Origin: Eledone cirrhosa
Lineage: Eukaryota
DNA: 64,000 nt
Direction of reading: 5' to 3'
NCBI GenBank assembly: GCA_964016885.1
Contig: OZ024740.1
Location: 440,386,001 to 440,450,000, forward strand
In this document: positions 1 to 15,000 of the stretch, in pieces
Layout: the number at the start of each line of letters is the position of its first letter
Numbering within the stretch: the stretch's first letter is position 1
Made by a program: the position numbers and the translations under genes
The notes under the pieces: generated by a model
What the model saw: the letters and a program-made list of their open reading frames with translations, nothing else
Databases searched by the model: none
Told to the model about the DNA's origin: nothing

Positions 1-3000
1 AAGAAGAGTGTGCCATATGGATATAAGCAGTGTGATATGGATGTACAGTGAGTGATGTGGATGTAGAGTGTGTTATATTGATGTAGAGTGTGTGATATGG
101 ATGTAGATTGTGTGATATGGATGTAGAATGTGTGATATGGACGTAGAGTGTGTGATATGGATGAAGAACGTGTGATATGGATGTTGAATGTGTGATGTAG
201 TTGTAGAGTGTGTGATATGGATATAGAGTGTAGTTATATGGATGTAGAATGTGTGATATATATGTAGAGTGTGTGATATGGATTTTGAATGTGTGATATG
301 GATCTAGAATGTGTGATGTGGTTGTCGAATGAGTGATATGGATGTAGAGTGTATGACATGGATGTAGAATCTGTGATATGGATGTAGAATGTGTGATATG
401 GATGTAGAGTGAGCGATATGCATGTAGATTGTAGCGATATGCATGTAGAATGTGTGATATGGATGTAGAGTGCCTGATATGGATATAGAGTGCCTGATAT
501 GGTTGTAGAGTGTATGATATGGATCTAGAGTGTGTGATATGGATGTGGAATGTGTGATATGGATGTAGAATGTGTGATATAGATGTAGAACGTGTGATAT
601 GCATGTAGAATGTAATTATATGGATGTAGCCTGTGTGATATGGATGTAGGATGAGTGATATGGATGTAGAATGTGTAATATGGATGTAGAATGTGTGATA
701 TGGATGTAGAGTGTAGTGATAAGGATGTAGAATGTGTGATATGGATATAGAGTGTGTAATATGGATGTAGAGTGTGTAATATGGATGTAGGCAGTGTGAT
801 ATGGATATACAGTGAGTGATGTGGATGTAGAGTGTCTGATATGGATGCACAGTGTGTTATATGGATGTGGAACGTGTGATATGGATGTAGAACGTGTGAT
901 ACTGATGTAGACTGTGTGATATGGATGTAATGTGTGTTATATAGATGTAGAGTGTGCGATATGAATGTAGACAGTGTGATATGGATGTAGAGTGTGTCAG
1001 ATGGATGTAGAATGTGTGAAATGGATGTAGAGTGTAGTGATATGGATGTAGAATGTGTGATATGGATGTAGAACGTGTGATATGGATATAGAGTGTGTGA
1101 TATGGAAGTAGAGCGTGCCATATGGATGTAGGCAGTTTGATATGCATGTACAGTGAGTGATGTGGATGTAGAATGTGTTATATGGATGTAGAGTGTGTGA
1201 TATGGATGTAGAATGTGTTATATGGACGTAGAGTGTGTGATATGGATGTTGAATGTGTGATGTAGATGTAGAGTGTGTGATATGGATGTAGAGTGTAGCG
1301 ATATGCATGTAGAATGTGTGACATGGATGTAGAATTTATGATATGGATATAGAGTGCCTGATATGGATGTAGAGTGTGTGATATGGATGTAGAATGTGTG
1401 ATATGGATGTAGAGCGTGTGACATGGATATGGAGTGTGTAATAAGGATGTAGAATGCGTCATATAGATATAGAGTGCCTGATATGTATGTAGAAAGTGTG
1501 ATATGGATGTAGGGTGTGTGATATAGATGTAGAAAGTGAGATATGGATGTAGAGTATAGTGATATGGATGTAGAATGTGTGATATTGATGTAGAGTGTGT
1601 GATATGGATGTAGAGTGTGTGATATGGATGTAGATTGTGTGATATGGATGTAGAATATGTGATATGGATGTAGAGTTTGTGATATGGATGTAGAGTGTGT
1701 GATATGAATGTAACCTGTGTGTGATATGGATGTAGTATGTATGATATGGATGTAGAGTGTATGATATGGATGTAACCTGTGTGTGATATGGATGTAGTAT
1801 GTATGATATAGATGTAGAGTGTAGTGATATGGATGTAGAGAGTTTGATATGGATATAGAGTGTGTGATATGGATGTGGAATGTGTGATATGGATGTAGAA
1901 TGTGTGATATGGATGTAGAGTGTTTGATATGGATGTAGAGAGTATGATATGGATGTAGAGTGTGTGATATGGATGTAGAATGTGTGATGTGGTTGTCGAA
2001 TGAGTGATATGGATGTCGAATGAGTGATATGCATGTAGATTGTAGCGATATGCATGTAGAATGTGTGATATGGATGTAGAGTGCCTGATATGGATATAGA
2101 GTGCCTGATATGGTTGTAGAGTGTATGATATGGATCTAGAGTGTGTGATATGGATGTAGAATGTGTGATATGGATGTAGAATGTGTGATATAGATGTAGA
2201 ACGTGTGATATGCATGTAGAATATAATTATATGGATGTAGCGTGTGTGATATGGATGTAGAATGAGTGATATGGATGTAGAATGTGTAATATGGATGTAG
2301 AATGTGTGATATGGATGTAGAATGTAGTGATAAGGATGTAGAATGTGTCATATGGATATAGAGTGTGTGATATGTATGTAGAATGTGTGATATGGATGTA
2401 GAATGTAGTGATATGGATGTTGAGTGTGTGATATGGATGTAGAATGTGTGATATAGATGTAGAACGTGTGATATGCATGTAGAATGTAATTATATGGATG
2501 TAGCCTGTGTGATATGGATGGAGGATGAGTGATATGGATGTAGAATGTGTAATATGGATGTAGAATGTGTGATATGGATGTAGAGTGTAGTGATAAGGAT
2601 GTAGAATGTGTGATATGGATATAGAGTGTGTAATATGGATGTAGAGTGTGTAATATGGATGTAGGCAGTGTGATATGGATATACAGTGAGTGATGTGGAT
2701 GTAGAGTGTCTGATATGGATGCACAGTGTGTTATATGGATGTGGAACGTGTGATATGGATGTAGAACGTGTGATACTGATGTAGACTGTGTGATATGGAT
2801 GTAATGTGTGTTATATAGATGTAGATTGTGCGATATGAATGTAGACAGTGTGATATGGATGTAGAGTGTGTCAGATGGATGTAGAATGTGTGAAATGGAT
2901 GTAGAGTGTAGTGATATGGATGTAGAATGTGTGATATGGATGTAGAACGTGTGATATGGATATAGAGTGTGTGATATGGAAGTAGAGCGTGCCATATGGA

Positions 3001-6000
3001 TGTAGGCAGTTTGATATGCATGTACAGTGAGTGATGTGGATGTAGAATGTGTTATATGGATGTAGAGTGTGTGATATGGATGTAGAATGTGTTATATGGA
3101 CGTAGAGTGTGTGATATGGATGTTGAATGTGTGATGTAGATGTAGAGTGTGTGATATGGATGTAGAGTGTAGCGATATGCATGTAGAATGTGTGACATGG
3201 ATGTAGAATTTATGATATGGATATAGAGTGCCTGATATGGATGTAGAGTGTTTGATATGGATGTAGAATGTGTGATATGGATGTAGAGCGTGTGACATGG
3301 ATATGGAGTGTGTAATAAGGATGTAGAATGCGTCATATAGATATAGAGTGCCTGATATGTATGTAGAAAGTGTGATATGGATGTAGGGTGTGTGATATAG
3401 ATGTAGAAAGTGAGATATGGATGTAGAGTATAGTGATATGGATGTAGAATGTGTGATATTGATGTAGAGTGTGTGATATGGATGTAGAGTGTGTGATATG
3501 GATGTAGATTGCGTGATATGGATGTAGAATATGTGATATGGATGTAGAGTTTGTGATATGGATGTAGAGTGTGTGATATGAATGTAACCTGTGTGTGATA
3601 TGGATGTAGTATGTATGATATGGATGTAGAGTGTATGATATGGATGTAACCTGTGTGTGATATGGATGTAGTATGTATGATATAGATGTAGAGTGTAGTG
3701 ATATGGATGTAGAGAGTTTGATATGGATGTAGAGTGTGTGATATGGATGTGGAATGTGTGATATGGATGTAGAATGTGTGATATGGATGTAGAGTGTTTG
3801 ATATGGATGTAGAGAGTATGATATGGATGTAGAGTGTGTGATATGGATGTAGAATGTGTGATGTGGTTGTCGAATGAGTGATATGGATGTCGAATGAGTG
3901 ATATGCATGTAGATTGTAGCGATATGCATGTAGAATGTGTGATATGGATGTAGAGTGCCTGATATGGATATAGAGTGCCTGATATGGTTGTAGAGTGTAT
4001 GATATGGATCTAGAGTGTGTGATATGGATGTAGAATGTGTGATATGGATGTAGAATGTGTGATATAGATGTAGAACGTGTGATATGCATGTAGAATATAA
4101 TTATATGGATGTAGCGTGTGTGATATGGATGTAGAATGAGTGATATGGATGTAGAATGTGTAATATGGATGTAGAATGTGTGATATGGATGTAGAATGTA
4201 GTGATAAGGATGTAGAATGTGTCATATGGATATAGAGTGTGTGATATGTATGTAGAATGTGTGATATGGATGTAGGGTGTGTGATATGGATGTAGAGTGA
4301 GCGATATGGATGTAGGCATTGTGATATGTATGTACAGTGAGGGATGTGGATGTAGATTCTGTGATATGGATGTAGAATATGTGATATGGATGTAGATTGT
4401 AGTGATATGGATGTAGAGTGTGTGATAAGGATGTAGAATATGTGTGATATGGATGTACAATGTGTGAGATGGATGTAGAATGTGTGATATGGATGTAGAA
4501 TGTGTGATATGGATGTAGAATGTAGTGATATGGATGTTGAGTGTGTGATATGGATGTAGAATGTGTAATATGGATATAGAGTGCCTGATATGGATGTGGA
4601 GTGTGTGATATGGATGTAGAATGTGTGATATGGATGTAGAGCGTGTGACATGGATGTAGAGTGTGTAATATGGATGTAGAATGTGTCATATGGATGAAGA
4701 GTGTGTGATATGGATGTAGAACGTGTGATATGGATATAGAGTGTGTGATATGGAAGAAGAGTGTGCCATATGGTTGTAGGCAGTGTGATATGGATGTACA
4801 GGGAGTGATGTGGATGTAGAGTGTGTTATATGGATGTAGAATGTGTGATATGGATGTAGAGCGTGTGACATGGATGTGGAGTGTGTAATAAGGATGTAGA
4901 ATGTGTCATATGGATATAGAGTGCCTGATATGTATGTAGAAAGTGTGATGTGGATGTAGGGTGTGTGATATAGATGTAGAAAGTGAGATATGGATGTAGA
5001 GTATAGTGATATGGATGTAGAATGTGTGATATTGATGTAGAGTGTGTGATATGGATGTAGAGTGTGTGATATGGATGTAGATTGTGTGATATGGATGTAG
5101 AATATGTGATATGGATGTAGAGTGTGTGATATGGATGTAGAGTGTGTGATATGAATGTAACCTGTGTGTGATATGGATGTAGTATGTATGATATGGATGT
5201 AGAGTGTATGATATGGATGTAACCTGTGTGTGATATAGATGTAGAGTGTAGTGATATGGATGTAGAGTGTTTGATATGGATGTAGAGTGTGTGATATGGA
5301 TGTGGAATGTGTGATATGGATGTAGAAAGTGTGATATGGATGTAGAGTGTTTGATATGGATGGAGAGAGTATGATATGGATGTAGAGTGTGTGATATGGA
5401 TGTAGAATGTGTGATGTGTTTGTCGAATGAGTGATATGGATGTAGAATGTGTGATATGGATGTAGAGTGAGTGATATGGATGTAGATTGTAGCGATATGC
5501 ATGTAGAATGTGTGATATGGATGTAGAATGTGTGATATGGATGTAGAGCGTGTGACATGGATGTAGAGTGTGTAAAATGGATGTAGAATGTGTCATATGG
5601 ATATAGAGTGCCTGATATGTATGTAGAATGTGTGATATGGATGTAGGGTTTGTGATATGGATGTAGGACGTGTGATATGGATGTAGAATGTGTGATATGG
5701 ATATAGAGTGTGTGATATGGATGTAGAGTGAGCGATATGGATGTAGGCAGTGTGATATGTATGTACAGTGAGGGATGTGGATGTAGATTCTGTGATATGG
5801 ATGTAGAATGTGTGATATGGATGTAGATTGTAGTGATATGGATGTAGAGTGTGTGATATGGATGTAGAATATGTGTGATATGGATGTAGAATGTGTGAGA
5901 TGGATGTAGAATGTGTGATATGGATGTAGAATGTGTGATATGGATGTAGAATGTAGTGATATGGATGTTGAGTGTGTGATATGGATGTAGAATATGTGAT

Positions 6001-9000
6001 ATGAATATAGAGTGCCTGATATGGATGTAGAGTGTGTGATATGGATGTAGAATGTGTGATATGGATGTAGAGCGTGTGACATGGATGTAGAGTGTGTAAT
6101 AAGGATGTAGAATGTGTCATATGGATGAAGAGTGTGTGATATGGAAGAAGAGTGTGCCATATGGATATAAGCAGTGTGATATGGATGTACAGTGAGTGAT
6201 GTGGATGTAGAGTGTGTTATATTGATGTAGAGTGTGTGATATGGATGTAGATTGTGTGATATGGATGTAGAATGTGTGATATGGACGTAGAGTGTGTGAT
6301 ATGGATGAAGAACGTGTGATATGGATGTTGAATGTGTGATGTAGTTGTAGAGTGTGTGATATGGATATAGAGTGTAGTTATATGGATGTAGAATGTGTGA
6401 TATATATGTAGAGTGTGTGATATGGATTTTGAATGTGTGATATGGATCTAGAATGTGTGATGTGGTTGTCGAATGAGTGATATGGATGTAGAGTGTATGA
6501 CATGGATGTAGAATCTGTGATATGGATGTAGAATGTGTGATATGGATGTAGAGTGAGCGATATGCATGTAGATTGTAGCGATATGCATGTAGAATGTGTG
6601 ATATGGATGTAGAGTGCCTGATATGGATATAGAGTGCCTGATATGGTTGTAGAGTGTATGATATGGATCTAGAGTGTGTGATATGGATGTGGAATGTGTG
6701 ATATGGATGTAGAATGTGTGATATAGATGTAGAACGTGTGATATGCATGTAGAATGTAATTATATGGATGTAGCCTGTGTGATATGGATGGAGGATGAGT
6801 GATATGGATGTAGAATGTGTAATATGGATGTAGAATGTGTGATATGGATGTAGAGTGTAGTGATAAGGATGTAGAATGTGTGATATGGATATAGAGTGTG
6901 TAATATGGATGTAGAGTGTGTAATATGGATGTAGGCAGTGTGATATGGATATACAGTGAGTGATGTGGATGTAGAGTGTCTGATATGGATGCACAGTGTG
7001 TTATATGGATGTGGAACGTGTGATATGGATGTAGAACGTGTGATACTGATGTAGACTGTGTGATATGGATGTAATGTGTGTTATATAGATGTAGATTGTG
7101 CGATATGAATGTAGACAGTGTGATATGGATGTAGAGTGTGTCAGATGGATGTAGAATGTGTGAAATGGATGTAGAGTGTAGTGATATGGATGTAGAATGT
7201 GTGATATGGATGTAGAACGTGTGATATGGATATAGAGTGTGTGATATGGAAGTAGAGCGTGCCATATGGATGTAGGCAGTTTGATATGCATGTACAGTGA
7301 GTGATGTGGATGTAGAATGTGTTATATGGATGTAGAGTGTGTGATATGGATGTAGAATGTGTTATATGGACGTAGAGTGTGTGATATGGATGTTGAATGT
7401 GTGATGTAGATGTAGAGTGTGTGATATGGATGTAGAGTGTAGCGATATGCATGTAGAATGTGTGACATGGATGTAGAATTTATGATATGGATATAGAGTG
7501 CCTGATATGGATGTAGAGTGTGTGATATGGATGTAGAATGTGTGATATGGATGTAGAGCGTGTGACATGGATATGGAGTGTGTAATAAGGATGTAGAATG
7601 CGTCATATAGATATAGAGTGCCTGATATGTATGTAGAAAGTGTGATATGGATGTAGGGTGTGTGATATAGATGTAGAAAGTGAGATATGGATGTAGAGTA
7701 TAGTGATATGGATGTAGAATGTGTGATATTGATGTAGAGTGTGTGATATGGATGTAGAGTGTGTGATATGGATGTAGATTGCGTGATATGGATGTAGAAT
7801 ATGTGATATGGATGTAGAGTTTGTGATATGGATGTAGAGTGTGTGATATGAATGTAACCTGTGTGTGATATGGATGTAGTATGTATGATATGGATGTAGA
7901 GTGTATGATATGGATGTAACCTGTGTGTGATATGGATGTAGTATGTATGATATAGATGTAGAGTGAGTGATATGGATGTGGAATGCGTGATATGGATGTA
8001 GTATGTATGATATGGATGTAGAGTGTATGATATGGATGTAACCTGTGTGTGATATAGATGTAGAGTGTAGTGATATGGATGTAGAGTGTTTGATATGGAT
8101 GTAGAGTGTGTGATATGGATGTGGAATGTGTGATATGGATGTAGAAAGTGTGATATGGATGTAGAGTGTTTGATATGGATGGAGAGAGTATGATATGGAT
8201 GTAGAGTGTGTGATATGGATGTAGAATGTGTGATGTGTTTGTCGAATGAGTGATATGGATGTAGAATGTGTGATATGGATGTAGAGTGAGTGATATGGAT
8301 GTAGAGCGTGTGACATGGATGTAGAGTGTGTAAAATGGATGTAGAATGTGTCATATGGATATAGAGTGTGTGATATGTATGTAGAATGTGTGATATGGAT
8401 GTAGGGTGTGTGATATGGATGTAGAGTGAGCGATATGGATGTAGGCATTGTGATATGTATGTACAGTGAGGGATGTGGATGTAGATTCTGTGATATGGAT
8501 GTAGAATATGTGATATGGATGTAGATTGTAGTGATATGGATGTAGAGTGTGTGATAAGGATGTAGAATATGTGTGATATGGATGTACAATGTGTGAGATG
8601 GATGTAGAATGTGTGATATGGATGTAGAATGTGTGATATGGATGTAGAATGTAGTGATATGGATGTTGAGTGTGTGATATGGATGTAGAATGTGTAATAT
8701 GGATATAGAGTGCCTGATATGGATGTAGAGTGTGTGATATGGATGTAGAATGTGTGATATGGATGTAGAGCGTGTGACATGGATGTAGAGTGTGTAATAT
8801 GGATGTAGAATGTGTCATATGGATGAAGAGTGTGTGATATGGATGTAGAACGTGTGATATGGATATAGAGTGTGTGATATGGAAGAAGAGTGTGCCATAT
8901 GGTTGTAGGCAGTGTGATATGGATGTACAGTGAGTGATGTGGATGTAGAGTGTGTTATATGGATGTAGAGTGTGTGATATGGATGTAGAGTGTGTGATAT

Positions 9001-12000
9001 GGATGTAGAATGTGTGATATGGACGTAGAGTGTGTGATATAGATGAAGAACGTGTGATATGGATGTTGAACGTATGATGTAGTTGTAGAGTGTGTGATAT
9101 GGATATAGAATGTAGTTATATGGATGTAGAATGTGTGATATATATGTAGAGTGTGTGACATGGATTTAGCGTGTGTGATATGGATTTAGAATGTGTGATA
9201 TGGATCTAGAATGTGTGATGTGGTTGTCGAATGAGTGATATGGACGTAGAGTGTATGACATGGATGTAAAATGTGTGATATGGATGTAGAATGTGTGATA
9301 TGGATGTAGAGTGAGTGATATGGATGTAGATTGTAGCGATATGCATGTAGAATGTGTGATATGGATGTAGAATGTGTGATATGGATGTAGAGCGTGTGAC
9401 ATGGATGTAGAGTGTGTAAAATGGATGTAGAATGTGTCATATGGATATAGAGTGTGTGATATGGATGTAGGGTGTGTGATATGGATGTAGAGTGAGCGAT
9501 ATGGATGTAGGCATTGTGATATGTATGTACAGTGAGGGATGTGGATGTAGATTCTGTGATATGGATGTAGAATATGTGATATGGATGTAGATTGTAGTGA
9601 TATGGATGTAGAGTGTGTGATAAGGATGTAGAATATGTGTGATATGGATGTACAATGTGTGAGATGGATGTAGAATGTGTGATATGGATGTAGAATGTGT
9701 GATATGGATGTAGAATGTAGTGATATGGATGTTGAGTGTGTGATATGGATGTAGAATGTGTAATATGGATATAGAGTGCCTGATATGGATGTAGAGTGTG
9801 TGATATGGATGTAGAATGTGTGATATGGATGTAGAGCGTGTGACATGGATGTAGAGTGTGTAATATGGATGTAGAATGTGTCATATGGATGAAGAGTGTG
9901 TGATATGGATGTAGAACGTGTGATATGGATATAGAGTGTGTGATATGGAAGAAGAGTGTGCCATATGGTTTTAGGCAGTGTGATATGGATGTACAGTGAG
10001 TGATGTGGATGTAGAGTGTGTTATATGGATGTAGAGTGTGTGATATGGATGTAGAGTGTGTGATATGGATGTAGAATGTGTGATATGGACGTAGAGTGTG
10101 TGATATGGATGAAGAACGTGTGATATGGATGTTGAACGTATGATGTAGTTGTAGAGTGTGTGATATGGATATAGAATGTAGTTATATGGATGTAGAATGT
10201 GTGATATATATGTAGAGTGTGTGACATGGATTTAGCGTGTGTGATATGGATTTAGAATGTGTGATATGGATCTAGAATGTGTGATGTGGTTGTCGAATGA
10301 GTGATATGGACGTAGAGTGTATGACATGGATGTAGAATGTGTGATATGGATGTAGAATGTGTGATATGGATGTAGAGTGTGTGATATGGATGTAGAGTGT
10401 AGCGATATGCATGTAGAATGTGTGATATGGATGTAGAATGTGTAATATTCATGTAGAATGTGTCATATGGATGAAGAGTGTGTGATATAGATGTAGAGTT
10501 TGTGATATGGATGTAGAGTTTGTGATATGGATGTAGAGTATAGTGATATGGATGTAGAATGTGTGATATCGATGTAGAATGTGTGATATGGATGTAGAGT
10601 GTGGGATATGGATATAGAATGTGTGATATGGATGTAGAGTGTGTGATATTGATGTAGAGTGTGTGATATGGATGTAGAGTGTGTGATATGGATGTAGAGT
10701 GTGTGATATGGATGTAGAATATGTGATATGGATGTAGAGTCTGTGATATGGATGTAGAGTGTGTGATATGTATGTAACCTGTGTGTGATATGGATGTAGT
10801 ATGTATGAAATGGATGTAGAATGTGTGATATGGATGTAACCTGTGTGTGATATAGATGTAGAGTGTAGTGATATGGATGTAGAGTGTTTGATATGGATGT
10901 AGAGTGTGTGATATGGATGTGGAATGTGTGATATGGATGTAGAGTGTTTGATATGGATGTAGAGAGTATGATATGGATGTAGAGTGTGTGATATGGATGT
11001 AGAATGTGTGATGTGGTTGTCGAATGAGTGATATGGATGTAGAATGTGTGATATGGATGTAGAGTGTGTGATATGGATGTAGATTGTAGCGACATGCATG
11101 TAGAATGTGTGATATGGATGTAGAGTGCCTGATATGTATGTAGAATGTGTGATATGGATGTAGGGTGTGTGATATGGATGTAGAGTGTGTGATATGGATG
11201 TAGAATGTGTGATATGGATATAGAGTGTGTGATATGGATGTAGAGTGTGTGATATGGATGTAGAGTGTGTGATATGAATGTAACCTGTGTGTGATATGGA
11301 TGTAGTATGTATCATATGGATGTAGAGTGTGTGATATGGATGTAACCTGTGTGTGATATGGATGTAGAGTGTAGTGATATGGATGTAGAGTGTTTGATAT
11401 GGATGTAGAGTGTGTGATATGGATGTGGAATGTGTTATATGGATGTAGAGTGTATGATATGGATGTAGAGTGTGTGATATGGATGTAGAATGTGTGATGT
11501 GGTTGTCGAATGAGTGATATGGATGTAGAGTGTGTGACATGGATGTAGAATGTGTGATATGGATGTAGAATGTGTGATATGGATGTAGAGTGTGTGATAT
11601 GGATGTAGAATGAGCGATATAGATGTAGGCAGTGTGATATGTATGTACAGTGAGGGATGTGGATGTAGATTCTGTGATATGGATGTAAAATGTGTGATTT
11701 GGATGTAGATTGTAGTGATATGGATGTAGAGTGTGTGATGTGGATGTAGAATATGTGTGATATGGATGTAGAATGTGTGAGATGGATGTAGATTGTAGCG
11801 ATATGCATGTAGAATGTGTGATATAGATGTAGAGTGCCTGATATGTATGTAGAGTGTGTGATATGGATGTAGAGTGGGTGATAATGACGTAGAGTGTGTG
11901 ATATGGATGTATAGTGTGTAATATGGATGTAGAACGTGTCATATGGATATAGAGTGCCTGATATGTATGTAGAATGTGTGATATGGATGTAGGGTGTGTG

Positions 12001-15000
12001 ATATGGATGTAGGATGTATGATATCGATGTAGAATGTGTGATATGGATATAGAGTGTGTGATATGGATGTAGAATGAGCGATATAGATGTAGGCAGTGTG
12101 ATATGTATGTACAGTGAGGGATGTGGATGTAGATTCTGTGATATGGATGTAAAATGTGTGATTTGGATGTAGATTGTAGTGATATGGATGTAGAGTGTGT
12201 GATGTGGATGTAGAATATGTGTGATATGGATGTAGAATGTGTGAGATGGATGTAGAATGTGTGATATGGATGTAGAATGTGTAATATGGATATAGAGTGC
12301 CTGATATGGATGTAGAGTGTGTGATATGGATGTAGAATGTGTGATATGGATGTAGAGCGTGTGACATGGATGTGGAGTGTGTAATAAGGATGTAGAATGT
12401 GTCATATGGATGTAGAGTGTGTGATATAGATGTAGAATGTGTGATATGGATGTAGAGTTGTGATATGGATGTAGAGTATAGTGATATGGATGTAGAATGT
12501 GTGATATTGATGTAGAGTGTGTGATATAAATGTAGAGTGTGTGATATGTATGTAGAGTGTGTGATATGGATGTAGAATATGTGATATGGATGTAGAGTGT
12601 GTGATATGGATGTAGACTGTGTGATATGGATGTAACCTGTGTGTGATATAGATGTAGAGTGTAGTGATATGGATGTAGAGTATTTGATATGGATGTAGAG
12701 TGTGTGATATGGATGTGGAATGTGTGATATGGATGTAGAATGTGTGATATGGATGTAGAGTGTTTGATATGGATGTAGAGAGTATGATATGGATGTAGAG
12801 TGTGTGATATGGATGTAGAATGTGTGATATGGATGTAGAGTGTGTGATATGGATGTGGAGTGTGTGACATGGATGTAGAATGTGTGATATGGATGTAGAA
12901 TGTGTGATATGGATGTTGAGTGAGTGATATGGATGTAGATTGTAGCGATATGCATGTAGAATGTGTGATATGGATGTAGAGTGTCTGATATGGATATAGA
13001 GTGCCTGATATGGATGTAGAGTGTGTGATATGGATGTAGAATATGTGATATGGATGTAGAGCGTGTGACATGGATGTAGAGTGTGTAATATGGATGTAGA
13101 ACGTGACATATGGATATAGAATGCCTCATATGTATGTAGAACGTGTGATATGGATGTAGGGTGTGTGATATGGATGTAGGACGTGTGATATGGATTTAGA
13201 ACGTGTGATATGGATATAGAGTGTGCGTTATGGATGTAGAGTGAGCGATATGGATGTAGGCAGTGTGATATGTATGTACAGTGAGGGATGTGGATGTAGA
13301 TTCTGTGATATGGATATATAATGTGTGATATGGATGTAGATTGTAGTGATATGGATGTAGAGTGTGTGATATGAATGTAGAATATGTGTGATATGGATGT
13401 AGAATGTGTGAGATGGATGTAGAGTGTGTAATATGGATGTAGAATGTGTGATATGGATGTAGAATGTAGTGATATGGATGTAGAGCGTGTGACATGGATG
13501 TAGAGTGTGTAATAAGGATGTAGAATGTGTCATATGGATGAAGAGTGTGTGATATGGATGTAGAACGTGTGATATGGATATAGAGTGTGTGATATGGAAG
13601 AAGAGTGTGCCATATGGATGTAGGCAGTGTGATATGGATGTACAGTGAGTGATGTGGATGTAGAGTGTTTTATATTGATGTAGAGTGTGTGATATGGATG
13701 TAGAGTGTGTGATATGGATGTAGAATGTGTGATATGGACGTAGAGTGTGTGATATGGATGAAGAACGTGTGATATGGATGTTGAATGTGTGATGTAGTTG
13801 TAGAGCGTGTGATATGGATATAGAATGTAGTTATATGGATGTAGAATGTGTGATATATATGTAGAGTGTGTGATATGGATTTAGAGTGTGTGATATGGAT
13901 CTAGAATGTGTGATGTGGTTGTCGAATGAGTGATATGGATGTAGAGTGTATGATATGGATGTAGAGTGTGTGATATGGATGTAGAGTGTAGCGATATGCA
14001 TGTAGAACGTGTGATATGGATGTAGAATGTGTGATATGGATATATAGTGCCTGATATGGATATAGAGTGTGTGATATGGATGTAGAATGTGTGATATGGA
14101 TATATAGTGCCTGATATGGATGTAGAGTGTGTGATATGGATGTAGAATGTGTGATATGGATGTGGAGCGTGTGACATGGAGGTAGAGTGCGTAATATGAT
14201 ATGCATGTTGAATGTGTCATATGGATGAAGAGTGTGTGATATAGATGTAGAATGTGTGATATGGATGTAGAGTGTGTGATATGGATGTAGAGTGTAGCGA
14301 TATGCATGTAGAACGTGTGATATGGATGTAGAATGTGTGATATGGATATATAGTGCCTGATATGGATATAGAGTGTGTGATATGGATGTAGAATGTGTGA
14401 TATGGATATATAGTGCCTGATATGGATGTAGAGTGTGTGATATGGATGTAGAATGTGTGATATGGATGTGGAGCGTGTGACATGGAGGTAGAGTGCGTAA
14501 TATGATATGCATGTTGAATGTGTCATATGGATGAAGAGTGTGTGATATAGATGTAGAATGTGTGATATGGATGTAGAGTTTGTGATATGGATGTAGAGTA
14601 TAGTGATATGGATGTAGAATGTGTGATATCGATGTAGAATTTGTGATATGGATGTAGAGTGTGGGATATGGATATAGAATGTGTGATATGGATGTAGAGT
14701 GTGTGATATTGATGTAGAGTGTGTGATATGGATGTAGAGTGTGTGATATGGATGTAGAGTTTGTGATATGGATGTAGAATATGTGATATGGATGTAGTAT
14801 GTATGATATGGATGTAGAGTGTGTGATATGGATGTAACATGTGTGTGATATGGATGTAGAGTGTAGTGATATGGATGTAGAGTGTTTGATATGGATGTAG
14901 AGTGTATGATATGGATGTAGAGTGTGTGATATGGATGTAGAATGTGTGATGTGGTTGTCGAATGAATGATATGGATGTAGAGTGTGTGACATGGATGTAG

